Shown: positions 23,453-37,281 of the stretch, piece by piece
How positions within the stretch are numbered: the first letter of the stretch is position 1
Layout of the letters: every line of letters begins with the position of its first letter
Source: Phoronis australis
Taxonomy: Eukaryota; Animalia; Phoronida
NCBI GenBank assembly: GCA_002633005.1
Contig: NMRA01000949.1
Location: 2,696-66,695, forward strand
DNA: 64,000 nt
Direction: 5' to 3'
The notes under the pieces: generated by a model
The model's database searches: none
The model's input: the letters and a program-made list of their open reading frames with translations, nothing else
Told to the model about the DNA's origin: nothing
Made by a program: the position numbers and the translations under genes

Positions 23453-23590
23453 CGGCACAGTTGTGTTCCGCGTTGCTCGACAGCTAGAAAAAATACAGAC
23501 ACTCAACTGTCTGCTTTACAATCCCTAAAGACGTTGAGATTCGGAAGCGTTGGGTCGTTGCCATACGCCGCGACGAAGCAAAATATGTCC
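23453..23590 (+). pseudogene. Frameshifted THAP zinc-finger remnant (transposase-derived)
   Basis: HSCVPRCSTARKNTDTQLS, then a frameshift, then FTIPKDVEIRKRWVVAIRRDE. This matches the THAP consensus C.VP.C...F..P.D...R..W...IRR. The CSxHF half is absent. Confidence 0.7.
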
Positions 23591-25365
23591 GTGTGAAATT
23601 TATAAATGTTTTCGAAAAGTTAGATCATATGTTGTCGCATCTCGGTTGCCAAGCATCATAGAAATGACCAGAGAATCTTCGGCCAGCCACGCTGTGTTTT
23701 TATGACTACGGGTTGAAACATAATGCATTTTTCTTTCAAAAAAGGGCAGGGCCCTCAATCCCTCGATTTTGGGACCCAATATTGGCCATATTCTCCTCTC
23801 AAAAATATTGAAAAATCCCGCGAAATTCCCACCACGACGCATAAAAATTCCCCTAGTGATTGAAAAATTCTCTCTGAGTTCATATCACCTGTAATCACAC
23901 AGGTGACAATTTGAAAGAGCACAAAATGCTACTTTAAATTGAGACAGAGCCTATGAAAGCTTGCGACAGGGCGGGGTGCTATTGATGGTGATCGGGTGGT
24001 AGATTGTTACCCTCACTCGGAGAAAAATCTCAGTAGGCACTGGCACCTTTCCCCTCGGATGAACGAGGCTCTTGGAGAAACATGATAACTATGATTGCTT
24101 TGTCCAGTTAACTGAAATTGAGTTCTAAAACGAGGTTATGCTTTGGACAAACGAATTAGGTGTTTTAATTTTAAAATTCAACTTGGTCCAGATTGATATT
24201 TGAAATCTAACACATAAAATAGATGTAAGAATTATTAAAACCAAGAAAGCAGAATTGATGGTCAAATAATTTTTATTTTCAATTACGAGCCTGGTTTTTT
24301 ATTTTAATAAAAATATATTTGATAACATCAATTATTCTTTCAGATCAATGACAAATCAACTGTTAGTTCCATTGAGTGCCTACCTCACCAAGATCAAGCT
24401 ATGCTTGATGTTAATATTCTTGATCAACATATTAAACCAGATGTGACTAATTGCATATGACAGCCAACACTGTCAAATATATCTTCAACTCGTCAACAAT
24501 ACAAGCAGATGACCTGGTTCGTGTAGAAAGCACTTTGATCAACAATTTACAAGAAGAAACGTAACCCTGCATTCAGTGTAATACCTAATCCGTAACACTA
24601 CGATCGCCGCAATTTGGTCATATTTACTTTTCATGTTTCGAGCCTAGTTTTCCTAAAAAATAAACTCTTTCGTCAGACAACTCTTTTGTCTCTGTGGTTA
24701 ATTGTCGACACATTATTAAAATTTAATATCCAGGTTGGACTCGAAAGACCGGCTATTTAACTCACGCAATTATGTCAACTTCCGCTTTGTTTATCCGCCT
24801 CCTTAGGTCTACACAACTAAAAATACTAAATCTCACTTAAGGTAAAGTTCAAAGTCACCGACAATTATCCATAACCGCTATTTTCTGAGATAATTTATTC
24901 AAATTTTTTCTAGGCTGTGATGGACTAATAATTTCGTGGCTAAACCTTTATTCAGTAAATTACTGTAATTTCTGACTTCATAAAGCCACTTTCTCCTAAC
25001 ACCAAATGATGTGTTTTATGAATCGCCATTGCTTACTATAAGCTTAAGTTGGACCTACGACTGAAAACAAAGCAACGAGTGTTTGCATTCCCGTGAACAC
25101 CGTGTGGAAAGCTTGTTATTTATGTCTGAGCGTGTTTCAAATCTTTTTTACCAACATCCAGAGCACAAAGCAAATGTCGCACAGCTCGCTAACAACTGTT
25201 TTATAATGCCACTGCAACATTGCTATATACTGTGGTTTTCGATCCCAGTTGATATGCACCTCTATAAGTATTCGCGGATAACTAAAATCTTTTCTTCAAA
25301 CAAAATATGACGAATGAAAATGTCACAGCAGTCTATGGGAGTGTTAGTGTTTTAAACCATTTTAA

Positions 25366-27432
25366 GAGCCATTCCACGAGAAAGTCAAAAGAAATCAAAA
25401 AATTAATCTAGCGGTCATCTTTTAAATTCAACTTAAACTTTGTGTGTGTGATGATGGCGTGGCTCTGATACAAAAATCCCCAATTTTGCACATATTGATC
25501 TCTTAGTTTTTACCTATAGGCCTTCAAAGGTTTAGGAAGAAAATGACACTTTTTTGCATACTGAAAGCAGCACAATTTTTTCAACACAAAAAACAGATCG
25601 ATTGCATGCCATGAAAGGAAACACATAACGAGGTTATGAAGTGGGACGTGATGACTACCAAATAAAATTGATACTAACAATTTCGCTGCATTCATCACGT
25701 GACAGGGGAGATAAACCCAGAAGCACCTTTGTAGTGTTGAAAGTGGGTGTCACTCAAGTGCCTCTACAAGCCAGTTTGTGGCGCTGCAGACATTGAAACT
25801 TTTGTTTGTGGATAGATCTTGGATGTGAACAAATATGAAAAGTCTTTCGATTGGGCTTTTTTTCATTTTTTGTTCCAAAATGCCCCAATGTTGCGCATTC
25901 TACACTTTTTAAAGGAACGTTTTTGTAACTTCATTATATTTAAAATGCTTTCAAGAAAAAGTGTTTAATGAAAATCAACATTTTACAATGTGATCCACTG
26001 AGCGTTCATAACTGACCGTGGGTCAGACGTTACGCAGACACATGGGTACATATTTGCCAGGTGTCAATGCCCAAAACGGTTTTGAGATTGACATGAATAA
26101 TTCATGTGATTTAATGAAACATTCCGATTTGTGCTCTATTTCAAGGCAATTTAGCTTTTATTTTATTACCATTCTTTTTAATTAAGGGTTCCAGACTGTA
26201 TGAATCGGTCGAATCGGAAATTATTTTTTCACTTTGAAGACAAAAGCCTACATCACAGGAAAGGCATCGACGTCTGAAATACAAAAATGAAAAAATCCCA
26301 TTAAAATTGCATGGTGCTTTCAAAAGTTATCGCTATTATTTGTCAAATTTTGACTCATTATTTTGATCGAATCTGCCATCTTGCTATATCAGCGGCACAG
26401 GTTACGAGTTTAAAAGTGCTTGTCAAAACATTATTTTCACAAATATTCTACAAGTAAAATTTAGTGATACATAGCCTTGCCTAACATTTCGTACACCAGA
26501 AGTTAATCACGCAGGTGTAACTTATTGAGGGGTTAAAGTGCTCACAATTCACGTTGGACAACATAGGGACTATTGCTGAACTGAAAAGCATGTTCAAACG
26601 GCTACATTGTCATCGGTGAAGATTTAACTAAAATGTATTTGTAGACTGCTACAAAAATCAGTATTGCACGTTTTTTCAGTTCTTGCAACATAACTAAATG
26701 GAATCTTTAATATATTTCAATGTGCAGTGCCCATTCAGTTAACCTTGCACTGCGCTAAAAATACCGTTGAAATTGTCCTGAAATCGTTTTTTGGCTGGAA
26801 AGTCAACTTTTGTTCAAGGTATGTGTAACAACAGGGCATATATTTTTCTGAACTTTATGCATAAATTGTGCTTTTGATTCATGTTTTGTAACCAGTTACC
26901 TCCTACTTCAAGATTTATCAAAGCAACACATTGTGAAAAATCTTACTTTGATTTACAGAAATGGGTTACATTTGGATTATAAAGTGTGAAGTTTACTCGA
27001 ATACTGCTGTCTCATAGCTTCATATTTTTATCATCATGCTTGCCAAATTCTAGTTTATGGAGGAACGCTTTTATGGTACTCAGTCGCCATGGTAACAATT
27101 ATGCATGTCTAGTTTCATACTTAACGTGTGTTTGGTTCAACCAGTGTTGTTGTAATTTTCCAAAATACATTCTGAAATTTTCCAAGGTACATTCTAAGTT
27201 ACTTACTGTGGCAAAAGGCTGATAGGATCATTCTATTTTGCGTATTATTTTGTACTGAGATCACTTTGCTAGGTGTACGCCTTAGCTACAATGAAACTTA
27301 AAAAATAAAGGCCCAAAAAATTCAACAAAAATTTTTGAAAATATCCCACCAAGAGGTATGTACGCACATTTTTTTCAACATCTGAATCGGTGACCCTAGT
27401 GTCGACCTTTTGATGCTCTCGTGGAATGAAAG
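25366..27432. mobile_element. ~2-kb non-autonomous TIR element between TTAA sites (Sola3-like by GAG terminus and TTAA)
   Basis: TTAA|GAGCCATTCCACGAGAAAGTCAAAAG ... CTTTTGATGCTCTCGTGGAATGAAAG|TTAA. The TTAA sites are symmetrically placed, but the last 4 bases of the right end are degenerate. Confidence 0.55.
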
Positions 27433-27634
27433 TTAAGGAGTACGTAACCAAGGGAACAGTTTTGGCCAATCGTTTTAACTGATGGAGCGTCGATTTGTTG
27501 AAGGGGATATAACCCATCTTCCGTCACAAAAACTCGCATTTGATCATGAAACTGGTGCTTTGGTTTGACGACTTAACCATTGGCCATGTTGCAGATTGAG
27601 TTGACTTACAAAACATGTCAGTTGCTGCTGGCGA

Positions 27635-27734
27635 CACGGCTCGACTTCACAATCCATGTGAAAGCAACGCACCGTGTGGCAGAATGCACGGCTCGACTTC
27701 ACAATCCATGTGAAAGCAACGCACCGTGTGGCAG
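27635..27734. repeat. Tandem duplication, period 52 bp (48 bp identical)
   Basis: CACGGCTCGACTTCACAATCCATGTGAAAGCAACGCACCGTGTGGCAG at 27635 and 27687. Confidence 0.95.
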
Positions 27735-28825
27735 CATCCCGTAAAAATATCTAGATGTCTGTTTTGACTGGAAGCTTGTTTGTGAGAAATCGGCTATTCC
27801 TAATAGTATAACAAAACACTACAGACTTTGCTGCTTTATAGGTCTGCTCAAGGCCAATAACCTCGAGAAACGAAGCTTACCCAAAATAACCCCGACAAAC
27901 GTTTTCGTTCGTATGATGTGATTGCGTCTCTCAGTTGAAAGATTTTGTTGACTACGGTTGGAGTCGGCGATCAAGTCGCTCAGCGTTTGTGAATGGGAAG
28001 TGATGGCGTCTGAATAGCGGATATTTTTTTCATTTTGCTGTTTGTAGTTGGTGTGATAAACCAGCTAAATTGTCGCTCCTGGAAACGACTTGAATAATAC
28101 CGGAAAACTGCCGGATCTGGGATGAAGCAAGATGGGTGCATCTATACTTTTCTAAGGCAATTAATGTTCGCGTAATTCCTAAAAACGTCATGCCGTTTTT
28201 GATCGTGCGTGAGGCGGTCACTTTTCTCTGCCCCCACTTTAAACCCTTCCACACTCTCAGTCACAAATATGTCTATGGCTGCAACAACTTGCGACTGCAT
28301 GTGCAAGTTTTAAAAATTCATGTAGACCAGAATTTAGCTTGCAATGACCTTTGGCTGGCCCATCGTTCCAATTCATTTACAGACCATTAAAGCCATTCAT
28401 ATCTCACTCATCAAATCAATAAAGCGAACCTTAAACATCGCTTCTGCCTTTTGACATTTAAAAGCCTCTAAATTTCCAATATGTAAGATCAACAGACAGT
28501 ATTTGCAATGATTTAATACAAAAAGAATTATTCCGGCATGTGTTCACTATGCATGCGAAGTAGCAGTGAATGTGGGCTAATATGAACACGGCATCCAGTC
28601 TGTGAATTCGAGACAGTCTACCGTACGCAGAGGTTTTCGATCATGTCACTTGCTCGTAAGTTATTGAGTTGATATCTATGTTAAACACGATATTTTCAAT
28701 GAGTTTGCTGCCATTCACGGCTGAACGCCTCAGATACGGTGGACTGGCGTCTCTAATGATTTTCTCTCATGCTCGTTCGTTCATCTTGAAGGTAGGCCAA
28801 ACACGATTTTACTAATCTTCTCTAA

Positions 28826-29045
28826 GGACCTGATTCACGAAAGGCGACTTGAGATGTAACCATAGATTTGGTGTTACGCTCCACACAACAATTTCTGAAA
28901 ACGAATTAAATCTCATTCAGAACAAGAATGCATAAAACCGCTAGATACTGAGACAATTTCTACAGATCAGATTATAAATCAACTGCGATACACTCATAAT
29001 TTCTTGGCTAACGGGTTATAGGTCACTTTTCATAAAACAGTACCC
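28826..29045 (+). mobile_element. PIF/Harbinger-like MITE family; other copies at 36441-36620 (+, partial), 49750-50037 (+) and 53585-53685 (-, partial)
   Basis: Shared core TTACGCTCCACACAAC.ATTTC.GAAAA...TTAAATCTCA, with TIR-like ends TTTCATGAAAAGTGAC / GTCACTTTTCATAAAAC. Confidence 0.7.
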
Positions 29046-31029
29046 AAGAAATCATTGATGGACTAACTATTAATTGAGCCTAACGTGGAGTATATTTAAA
29101 GGAGCAAAATAGAAATTTACGACCAAAAATGTATTTTTGTGTTATTGTTGGCTGAGACAGACCTTTTGAACTTATTGGCTATCACCAGAGCAACAAACCA
29201 ACTCACTCTGTTGTGTTTTTGTTATCTAAACGCCAATCGCTAATTCCCACCATTTTCTGCCAGCCATTCCCTGAAATCGAGGCAGGTGACCTAATCAGAT
29301 AAATACACTTAAATAGGCTGCCACTTACCAAATGAAGTTTAGGTCCCTCAGATATCGTTGGACAGCAACCGCGAGGGTTGTAAATTAGATTCCGTGCTGA
29401 TAACTGAAAACGAAGATTCTCGCCCATAATGTCACTTTAAATGGAACTGATGACATCAGTTTGAAAATATGTTCCTTTACTGGCGTTCCATTTCAGTTTG
29501 CGTTATAGTGAAATTCCGTGTCGATCGACTGTGGTGACCATTTGTAAGTAACGTCTGCACCACCATATACTCAAAAATTCACATGGAGTAGTTGCGAAAT
29601 GATTTTCGCCAAGTCTGCTAACGTGAGAATTCATTTTATAAAATGTCATTCTGTTTTTACACAAAGAGAGCGTCTTTGGTCATTATCTCGGGGAATTATA
29701 TATGTGACAAGTAGGAGCCGTGTGTAGAATGGCCGTCATGTCAGTTGTCGGTTGTTGTGGGTTTTTGATACGGTTTACCGAGTGTAGATGTGGATATTTA
29801 TAAGAAGGCAAATCAACCAACAGCGTTCACAAATCAAAGATATCCCATCTGCCGCCTTACGTGTGATTCTGTCCAATCACGTGTCATCACCATGGGCACC
29901 CACCGTTGGTCTGGGAATGTAGCCTCCTCACGGTAGGAAGGCAGATCTTCCGTCTGACTTTGGGGCAGACAAGAAGGCAAACCACGGGATATCTGGCCAG
30001 CTTTCCCATGTGATTACTCAGACGGCGGATGAGGCGTTCGATCTACTTTTTGACTGGACGGTACGTGACTGTTGGGTGTGGATAATAAGCTTTTTTAAAC
30101 AAACCCTGTACGTTTACTATTTCATTGAGCTTACAAGGGATGAGCCTGTCATGGCGGTTGCCTATCTTCCGTTCCACTTAACGCATTAAGATGCACATAC
30201 CTATTTGGTAGCACTGATTATGTTAGTGTTAAACCAACTATGATTTTAATACAATTCATCTGTTACTATCAAGCACACATAAAACTTCAACGTTTGCTAC
30301 GTTGGTTGTGGACACTCGATTTCTAAGTTCTCGGCTCAGTCTTCGGACTCTCGTATCGTTTCAGTTTCATAGCGCATGTCACTTCTGTTTATATAACCGA
30401 AGGTGAACTGACGGAGGTTTGAAGATAGAAAAAAGTAAGATACCCACCCTTTTTAGACATTGGACACGAAAAATGACCCATTTGCAGGTACCTTCTCTGA
30501 GAAAGGTATCTTTTTGTAGAGTTTTGTTCCAATGAGATAATTCTGATGTTTCTGGACCTCTAAAATTAAAGACTTGTCGAGAATTTAATGGAAATAGACA
30601 CAATGACATTCGCTGAAAATCCGAACGTAAAAACAACACCCATTTGAGCGGCACTTCACTTATCTGTCTTCTATACTATTTTACACTATCTATCCGTTAC
30701 TTGCGCAAAAATAACCAGCTATGCTCGCAAACTGTTTCATGCGTTATCTTAACAGCATAAGTTGGCCAATCAGAGAGTATATTACAAAATCCATGTGTTC
30801 GTGTTAACAATGATTAGAGACTTAAAGTCGTTACTTTATTATACAACAGGGATCTCGAGTAATTAACTTATGAGTCAAGGTGTCGGTAATCACTGAGCAA
30901 ATCGACACAATGTTATTAGAATTGGAAAACTATCAATTTAGCGCGTTGTCTTTTCAAGCTGTGATGAACCGCGGGACGCATTCGCTACTCATCAGAGATA
31001 GCTAGGCGGCAGTCAGTTAGCAGGCGTAC

Positions 31030-31157
31030 GTTCCATAGGCGCAAGAACCTCGCGAAATCGCAAGATCACGGAAGGTTTTGCGAGGTGTCGCCATGTATAA
31101 CTATCGAAGTACGTGAACACATTGGCTTCACTCGCAAAGTTCTTGCTTATACGGAAC
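31030..31157. mobile_element. Short palindromic MITE family; other copies at 23059-~23180 and 46710-46837
   Basis: Inverted ends GTTCCATAG..CAAGAA.CTCGCGAA ... TCGC.AG.TCTT....T.CGGAAC, found in three places. Confidence 0.65.
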
Positions 31158-31529
31158 TCAATCCACTTGAGGTAATCAAAAGTTCAAAGACAAACATAGG
31201 CAATCGTCCCTTATTCCATCACTGCCCGGGAAATTTTCGGCTAATGTTTTTTCTCATTTACAGATACAAAACTAAGATACTCACTCATGTAGGGAGTGGG
31301 AAGGTTCGAAAAATGGACCAATGTGTAGGGAGCTTCGATGAAAAATTTCTCCTCAGAAACATCACCTTTTCGTAGGGGTTATCTTCATGCAAAAGGTATA
31401 TATTCTATGACATGGTATCTTGGAAATGGAACATTTTGAGGTACAAACACTCAAAGTGGACCCTTTCGTAGAGGAGTGTGCAGAAAAATGCACCCTTTTA
31501 CCACGGGATTATGTCGCAAAAGAGACCTT

Positions 31530-31775
31530 TTCGAAGGTTTGCCATCCATCTCAGCGTCACGTCCCCTGTGCTCTTCGGTATAAGAGTATTCTTTCTGGTC
31601 CCATCCTTCCCAGTCCGTGCATTTGAAATCCAGTATCATTGGGTCCAGCGTCCTTCCCTTGACGGTATATTTAGTTATCCATCAAGGTTCGTCCCTCCCA
31701 TTTTTGGGTCCATTGTTATATTTTCAAAGTGCAAACGTCCAGTCCAATGCTCGTGCTTATTCTTGATCAAGCCTG
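31530..31775 (-). mobile_element. Possible highly decayed RTE-clade LINE 3' fragment
   Basis: Across frameshifts it reads EGRWTQ / MILDF...HRGR / LRWMANLRK, resembling the RTE C-terminal RWT..ILxW...RGR...RWxD motif. Confidence 0.35.
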
Positions 31776-32199
31776 ACGGAATGAAAATATTTTTTTTTTG
31801 TCATTGCGTTTGCAGGTTGCTTTGCCGGCATGTACATTTTAGCTGCTAACGCCTTGAAATACGTTGTGCGTGAAGTGGTCGTACGCTGAGATGCCCATTT
31901 CGCATCCTTCAGATGTGTTTTGTCCTACAGCCATAATTGACCGCGCATTGATTTTGGAAATCAGTAATGAAAACAATTGGTCATCAAAATGCGCAAGTTT
32001 TAGTCATAGCCATTAGCGAGCTATTTAACCGTCATAAAACAAAATTGGTAGAGACGTGATACTTAGTACTTTGACTTCAAGATAGTTGATTGAGTATTTG
32101 TTACAAAACTGCTTTATCGATGTAACAGTTACGATCTCCATACTCCATTTAAAGTTCATTTCGACCCTTTACAGATGAGAAAATCGCCTCCGTCAAGTA

Positions 32200-32950
32200 A
32201 TCACTGCGTCACGTGACAAGGTGTAGACCAACCAACACTCTCCGACCATGGTTTACGGTGGAGACACATCACGTGATCTTGGTGTTTTTTATCAAAGTAA
32301 ACCATCGACTGGTGAGGTGAATATCCTCGAAATAATTAAATTTTAAACAGAACAAGAACCAGTGAATTTGGTTTATAGCAGCAAATGAACCCCTTTCAAG
32401 TTCGGATACGTTATAGGGGGTTGCCGCGCTGCGCCTGATGTCAGTTCACGGATTGCTTTGTGAAGTGCAACAAATCATCCGATGCCGATTACTGCGTGAA
32501 CGGAGTGAAACCATAGAAGTCGGTTTATTAAGATTATAATGGAATGTTTTTAATGTTGAATTGTTAACCGGCAATGTTTTACATTCAAGAACTCGTTCAA
32601 CAATGGACCGTTGAATTGTGGCGTATGTTTTTGCAAGTCAATCACAGCCGGTCAAACTCAATTACCGCGTGTAAATCACAACAGGCGTTCACAAAGACGA
32701 GTGTTTGTGCAACTGGCTACAGCTAGATACCTGTGTGGTGCGAGTACCGCGCAAGATTGCGCGAAAGGCTTACAACGGACTCCAGTGTGCTCGTTCCAGT
32801 CGAGCGGCCGGCCATGAGCGGAGAGGTCGCACTGGAATAAATCAGGAGCTTCCATACTAAACGTGAGGTTAGGCGAAATTATAGTGCGTCCTCCTCAACG
32901 CGAAAGACGAGCGTGAATCTTATACAGAAAGGTGTTAATGTTCACGAAGA
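32200..32950 (+). promoter_or_regulatory. Probable promoter and 5' UTR of the nAChR gene
   Basis: CpG-retaining, repeat-free stretch upstream of the signal-peptide exon. Palindromic E-boxes GTCACGTGAC (32208) and ATCACGTGAT (32268). Confidence 0.4.
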
Positions 32951-32999
32951 ATGGATTTCACACGTGTTGTTGTTTTTATAATGATCACTGCCACTGCAG
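32951..32999 (+). CDS. nAChR alpha subunit exon 1, signal peptide (MDFTRVVVFIMITATA)
   Basis: aagaATGg context, hydrophobic core and a canonical CAG|GTAAGT donor. Phase 1 joins exon 2 to give ...TATAVLA-NHTQ, a plausible cleavable signal peptide. Confidence 0.72.
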
Positions 33000-35900
33000 G
33001 TAAGTTCATTAATTAAAAACCTTGGGATGCCTGGTTTACCGTCTCCTTTAGCAAGGGGTTATCGCATCGCTATTGAATGCGTAGATAAACTCACGTAGGC
33101 CTATCATCGGATTCTTTTCGAAGTTAATTATTCGAAACACTCCTATGTTCTTCGCATAGAACTGCAGACTTTTCTGCCCATTGAGAACTTTTGAGAGTCA
33201 TTAGGATAGCGACGTAGACATTAACTCAATGGAAATTTTCTTTATTAAGATTCTGATACACACGCAAATTTTCAACGTAGCCAAGCATTCTTCTCGTCGT
33301 ATTGTTTTGGGAATTCGAGTTCTGCAAGTTAGCCCCTTCCATCTTCAAATAAACAGCCAGAGATAGCGTTCATAACGAATTCACCCAATAAAATTGTCTT
33401 TTTATAATTTTTATCACTCCTTTGTGTTTCTTACAGAGAACGTAAAACATGAAAGCTTCAGCAGAGTCCTATAGGGTGAATGTTTCCATTTTTAAAGTTC
33501 TTAACCCTTGAAGTTGCCTTTTTCCAAGGTACATAATCGAAAAACGCACCCTTGGTTGTTTACCCTACTCAGTGAGCGACATGTTTCACAAAATTAGGCC
33601 TGCCATGAAAGTACCCCCATTACCCCTGTGAGCTGCGGCAGAGACACCCAAGTTCAGATTAATCCGCTTAGAAATAAAAAATCTGGATGATTTGTGTCGC
33701 TAATTGACTGACTTGAATTACGTCGCTTGGCGAATGAACACCTCTTGGCACACCGAGTTCTTGGCGGTCCGGAAAACACGGACCTACTGTGAAAAAAGCG
33801 AAAATTACGTCGCTGTCTGGTAGATGCGTGTACGTACAGTTTTTTGTATACGATGATTGATCTCGTTCAACAGTGCTGCGGTTCCTGTTTCACCAGCGTA
33901 AATTATGTCTGATTGGTACGACTCTCACTCGAGTTGATGGCCTACAAAGGGATGGCACAGGTGAAAGGATAGAAAATCTGATAATACCTAAAAAGTTACA
34001 ATACTCGCGTGACAAAATAACACGCATCATATTTCCATCATGAATTTCTAAAGTAAAAAAAGCATATTGTTTAAAAATCAGAGCTGCGCATTAGAGCTGC
34101 GCATTAGACCGACATTTTGAGTGAAAGTTGTTTTTATTTTGCAAGAACGATCTGTATTAGACACGTGTTTCACTGCCTCAATTTGGGAGAAAGAAGGCCC
34201 CTGTTTTGTAACCGTTGACCAACCTTCTTGCGAAACAGAGGCATCCTTCTTATGACTAGCCGTAACTGAAGGTTCATTAGTGCGAAAACTTTTACATCTG
34301 TGATTACGTCACGTCGATTTATTTAGGGCTTCTGCTCTAATGCAACTTGCCATTATTTGATTCATTAAGCATAATTAATGTAATACCTAATAACACGGGA
34401 GATCATCTAGCAGTGATCTTCTGGGTAAATGGACGTCAAAGCCTTTGCGTGTTTTGATGTTACTCGTCGGGTCTGCGAGGAACACAAATTCAAATGGAGC
34501 AGAATTTCTACAAAATTTTCGAGCTCTTACGAGCACGTGATTCTAACAAGCTGCTCTTTTGTTTACAAACATCGGGTCGATATATGTGTTTTAACTTACA
34601 ACTGAGGTCTTGTTAATGACATTCAAGAAATTTCTATAGATCGACTGTCTAACTTTGGAATCTACTACAGGGATTTTATTCTCTTTAACCTTAAAACTAT
34701 AAGCGAGGTTCATCATGAGATAGAATAGCAAATACTCTTGCACTCAAACTGATATTTACAAATACTTCGATTTCTGTGAGGTAACAATAGACTATAACTC
34801 AGAAAATCATTGAATTAATTATCTTCAATGCACAATGCGAGACATTTGAGGACAGCATTTTAATTTAAGAATCTGTGTTGGCCGCAAAGTTGTGGTGAGG
34901 AAAAAGTCTTTTCATACAACCAATATGTGAAATACTATAAATCATGAGTTTTATTTGCGTTTACAAATTCCCCTCCCCCCCACTCACCCTCATCACCCGC
35001 AGACAGCGCATTCCCATACCCTTCGTGTTTCAAATGCTATAAACCTAATCTGGTGGAAATAATTACGGAGGCACAATACTTTCTAACAAAGATTTAACTT
35101 CTAAACTTGAAACTAATTAAAAAACATAGAAAAGCAAAAATACTAAAAAGAAATACAAGACAGGTGAGAAAAAAGAACGCTGACGGAATCACTGATAATG
35201 ACGATAGTGTTAAAGAAAGAATGGTTATTTAAGATTTACCCTGGTGCAGATTTTGTACAGTGGTCAATTGCTTCTGTCCGTTACGCTCATTGATTAACTG
35301 TTTAAGTCAATAAAAATTGACCGCGAGCCGTTTGGACAACAAAGTCACATTAAGATCTTGACTACAGCCTGCATGTGTATCACCACTATAGGCATAATTT
35401 CAGGAGCGCGTACCGCGTCATTGGTGGAAAAATAATTTCATCGACGCACGGCGAATGCTTTGCTCGGGCCAGCGTGCCCATTGGAATTAGAAGCGAAAAC
35501 AGACAAAAAATAACATGGCCCATAGGTCCTGCAAATTGGCCCGTAGACTTGGTGCAGAGAACGTGCCCACGCTTGACTAAACTGATACCTGCGACCAGTA
35601 GACGGCACTTGCTAGTTATGTGAGTTGTTTGGGTGACCATATAAAACAATATCTTGTGTGTATCCTCAAATAAAGACCAGATGGTAAATAGACAACGTTA
35701 AATAGCAATTCTAAACCGTGTCGTGAAAAGATCAGATTACGTCACAACGAACCGACAATAATATAGGGTGCGGTCTTTTGTAAAACCAAGTGCACTGTAT
35801 ATCGGTTTTTCGTGATCAGTGCAGTCACATGGATTGTTATTACTCAAAACCAGCGGTTGTAACTGGATATTTTGACAAATACGAGTGAGAGAGCAGGGAT

Positions 35901-36620
35901 ATTTGCAGCGTAATTATTTCATCAAGTGTCAGTGCGTTATTGGGAGAAATTTGTAAGGATTGCCCCGCTTTCGTTGAGGGTGATGAGGAGAATTGTTCAA
36001 GACGACACATTGTTTGTAGAAAAACACACACGTGCATTTTTTTTCCTTCAAATCATGCGAAACTTGGTTGCGGCAGACTAGAAATCCATATTCCAAAACC
36101 GGGTTGATGATGTAGGCCTCTCTCGGTGCCTGGAAGTCTGACGCCCTTCTTAAAAGCCGGCTAAAACCCAGTGGCACACCTTCTGCAAAATCCAACTTTT
36201 GGTTTAGGGCATTAACTGTTATAAAAATCTCATGTAGATTTTCGGTCACGTTAAAAATAATTTCTTGGCTTGACAACTGACAGGTGGTTATTGCTTCAGA
36301 ATAGGCCCGTTAAATTTCTTGTCACGGCGGGCTTGTTTCGTTCACCAAGGCAACATGGCCCCCAGGGAGTTTACTGTGACCAATTTCAATCCAAGCAAAG
36401 AATGAGAGTACGAAAGATCTGCTTTGGAAGAGCAGAAAGCCTTGTTTCATGAAGCGTGACCCAAGGCTTAAGTCAAGAGTCTCACGCTTCACACAACTAT
36501 TTCGGAAAATAATCAAATCTCACTTGTGCAAAAGTGCAAAGCCGCTGAGAATAAGCACAAAACTGATAGTTACTAACGTAATTTACATACAGTTTCCTTA
36601 AATTATTTCTAGACTGTGAT

Positions 36621-36872
36621 GGGGGGGGGGGCTCGGGAGGCTCGAACGAGCCCCCCAATTTGGCGAATTGGGCAAAAAGGTCCGCGACACTGAAACAAAA
36701 AGTCGTAGTAAACGAGACAAAAGTCCACAAAATCCACGGGAAGTCGGCGCAGATGCACAAATTTATAATTCGCGGGCCTGAACCTAGTGGCCCCGTTTTT
36801 TTAATGCTCGTAAAAGGTCCGCATAACGCAAAAATTCGAGCCCCCCTATATTCTCGGTTGGGTGCGCGCATG
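36621..36872 (+). mobile_element. hAT-like MITE family (~250 bp), 4 copies: 36621-36872, 43222-43465, 48084-48354, 50117-50367
   Basis: Termini CATGCGC(G)CAC.C...G.GTGCGCGCATG, internal GGGGGCTCG...CGAACGAGCCCCC.ATTTGGCGAA and repeated AAAAGGTCC motifs. TSDs are not recognisable. Confidence 0.85.
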
Positions 36873-37130
36873 AGCAAGTCACTGTTTTGGAGGAAATTAC
36901 GGAATCCCTTCTAAACATGGGCTGCGCGGGTGTCCACGTTTTGAGCAACGATGCTTTATAGTAACGAAGACATGTTTTAATTCGGTGCTAGCCGAACAGA
37001 TTGTGATTGCATAGATGTAAGCAGAAATGTAATTGGCTTCACTGGCTGCGCTTGATTGCTTTCACCGATTCCAATCGACCAACACATCTCATTTGTTCTC
37101 AATAACAACTTCCGGCTTAGAGACCAATCA

Positions 37131-37281
37131 GGGCTGAGTTGCATAAAGCTTCAAAAGTTATCCGATGGATAAGTTTGATTGTTGCATGACGTCACGTGCA
37201 TTGTTCAACACTAACAACGTGACGCGTGATAATGGACGTCATTGTTGCTATACGGCGTATAACTTTTATGCAACTGGGCCC
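37131..37281. mobile_element. PIF/Harbinger-like MITE
   Basis: GGGCTGAGTTGCATAAAG ... CTTTTATGCAACTGGGCCC, with TCA/TGA flanks. Confidence 0.65.
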
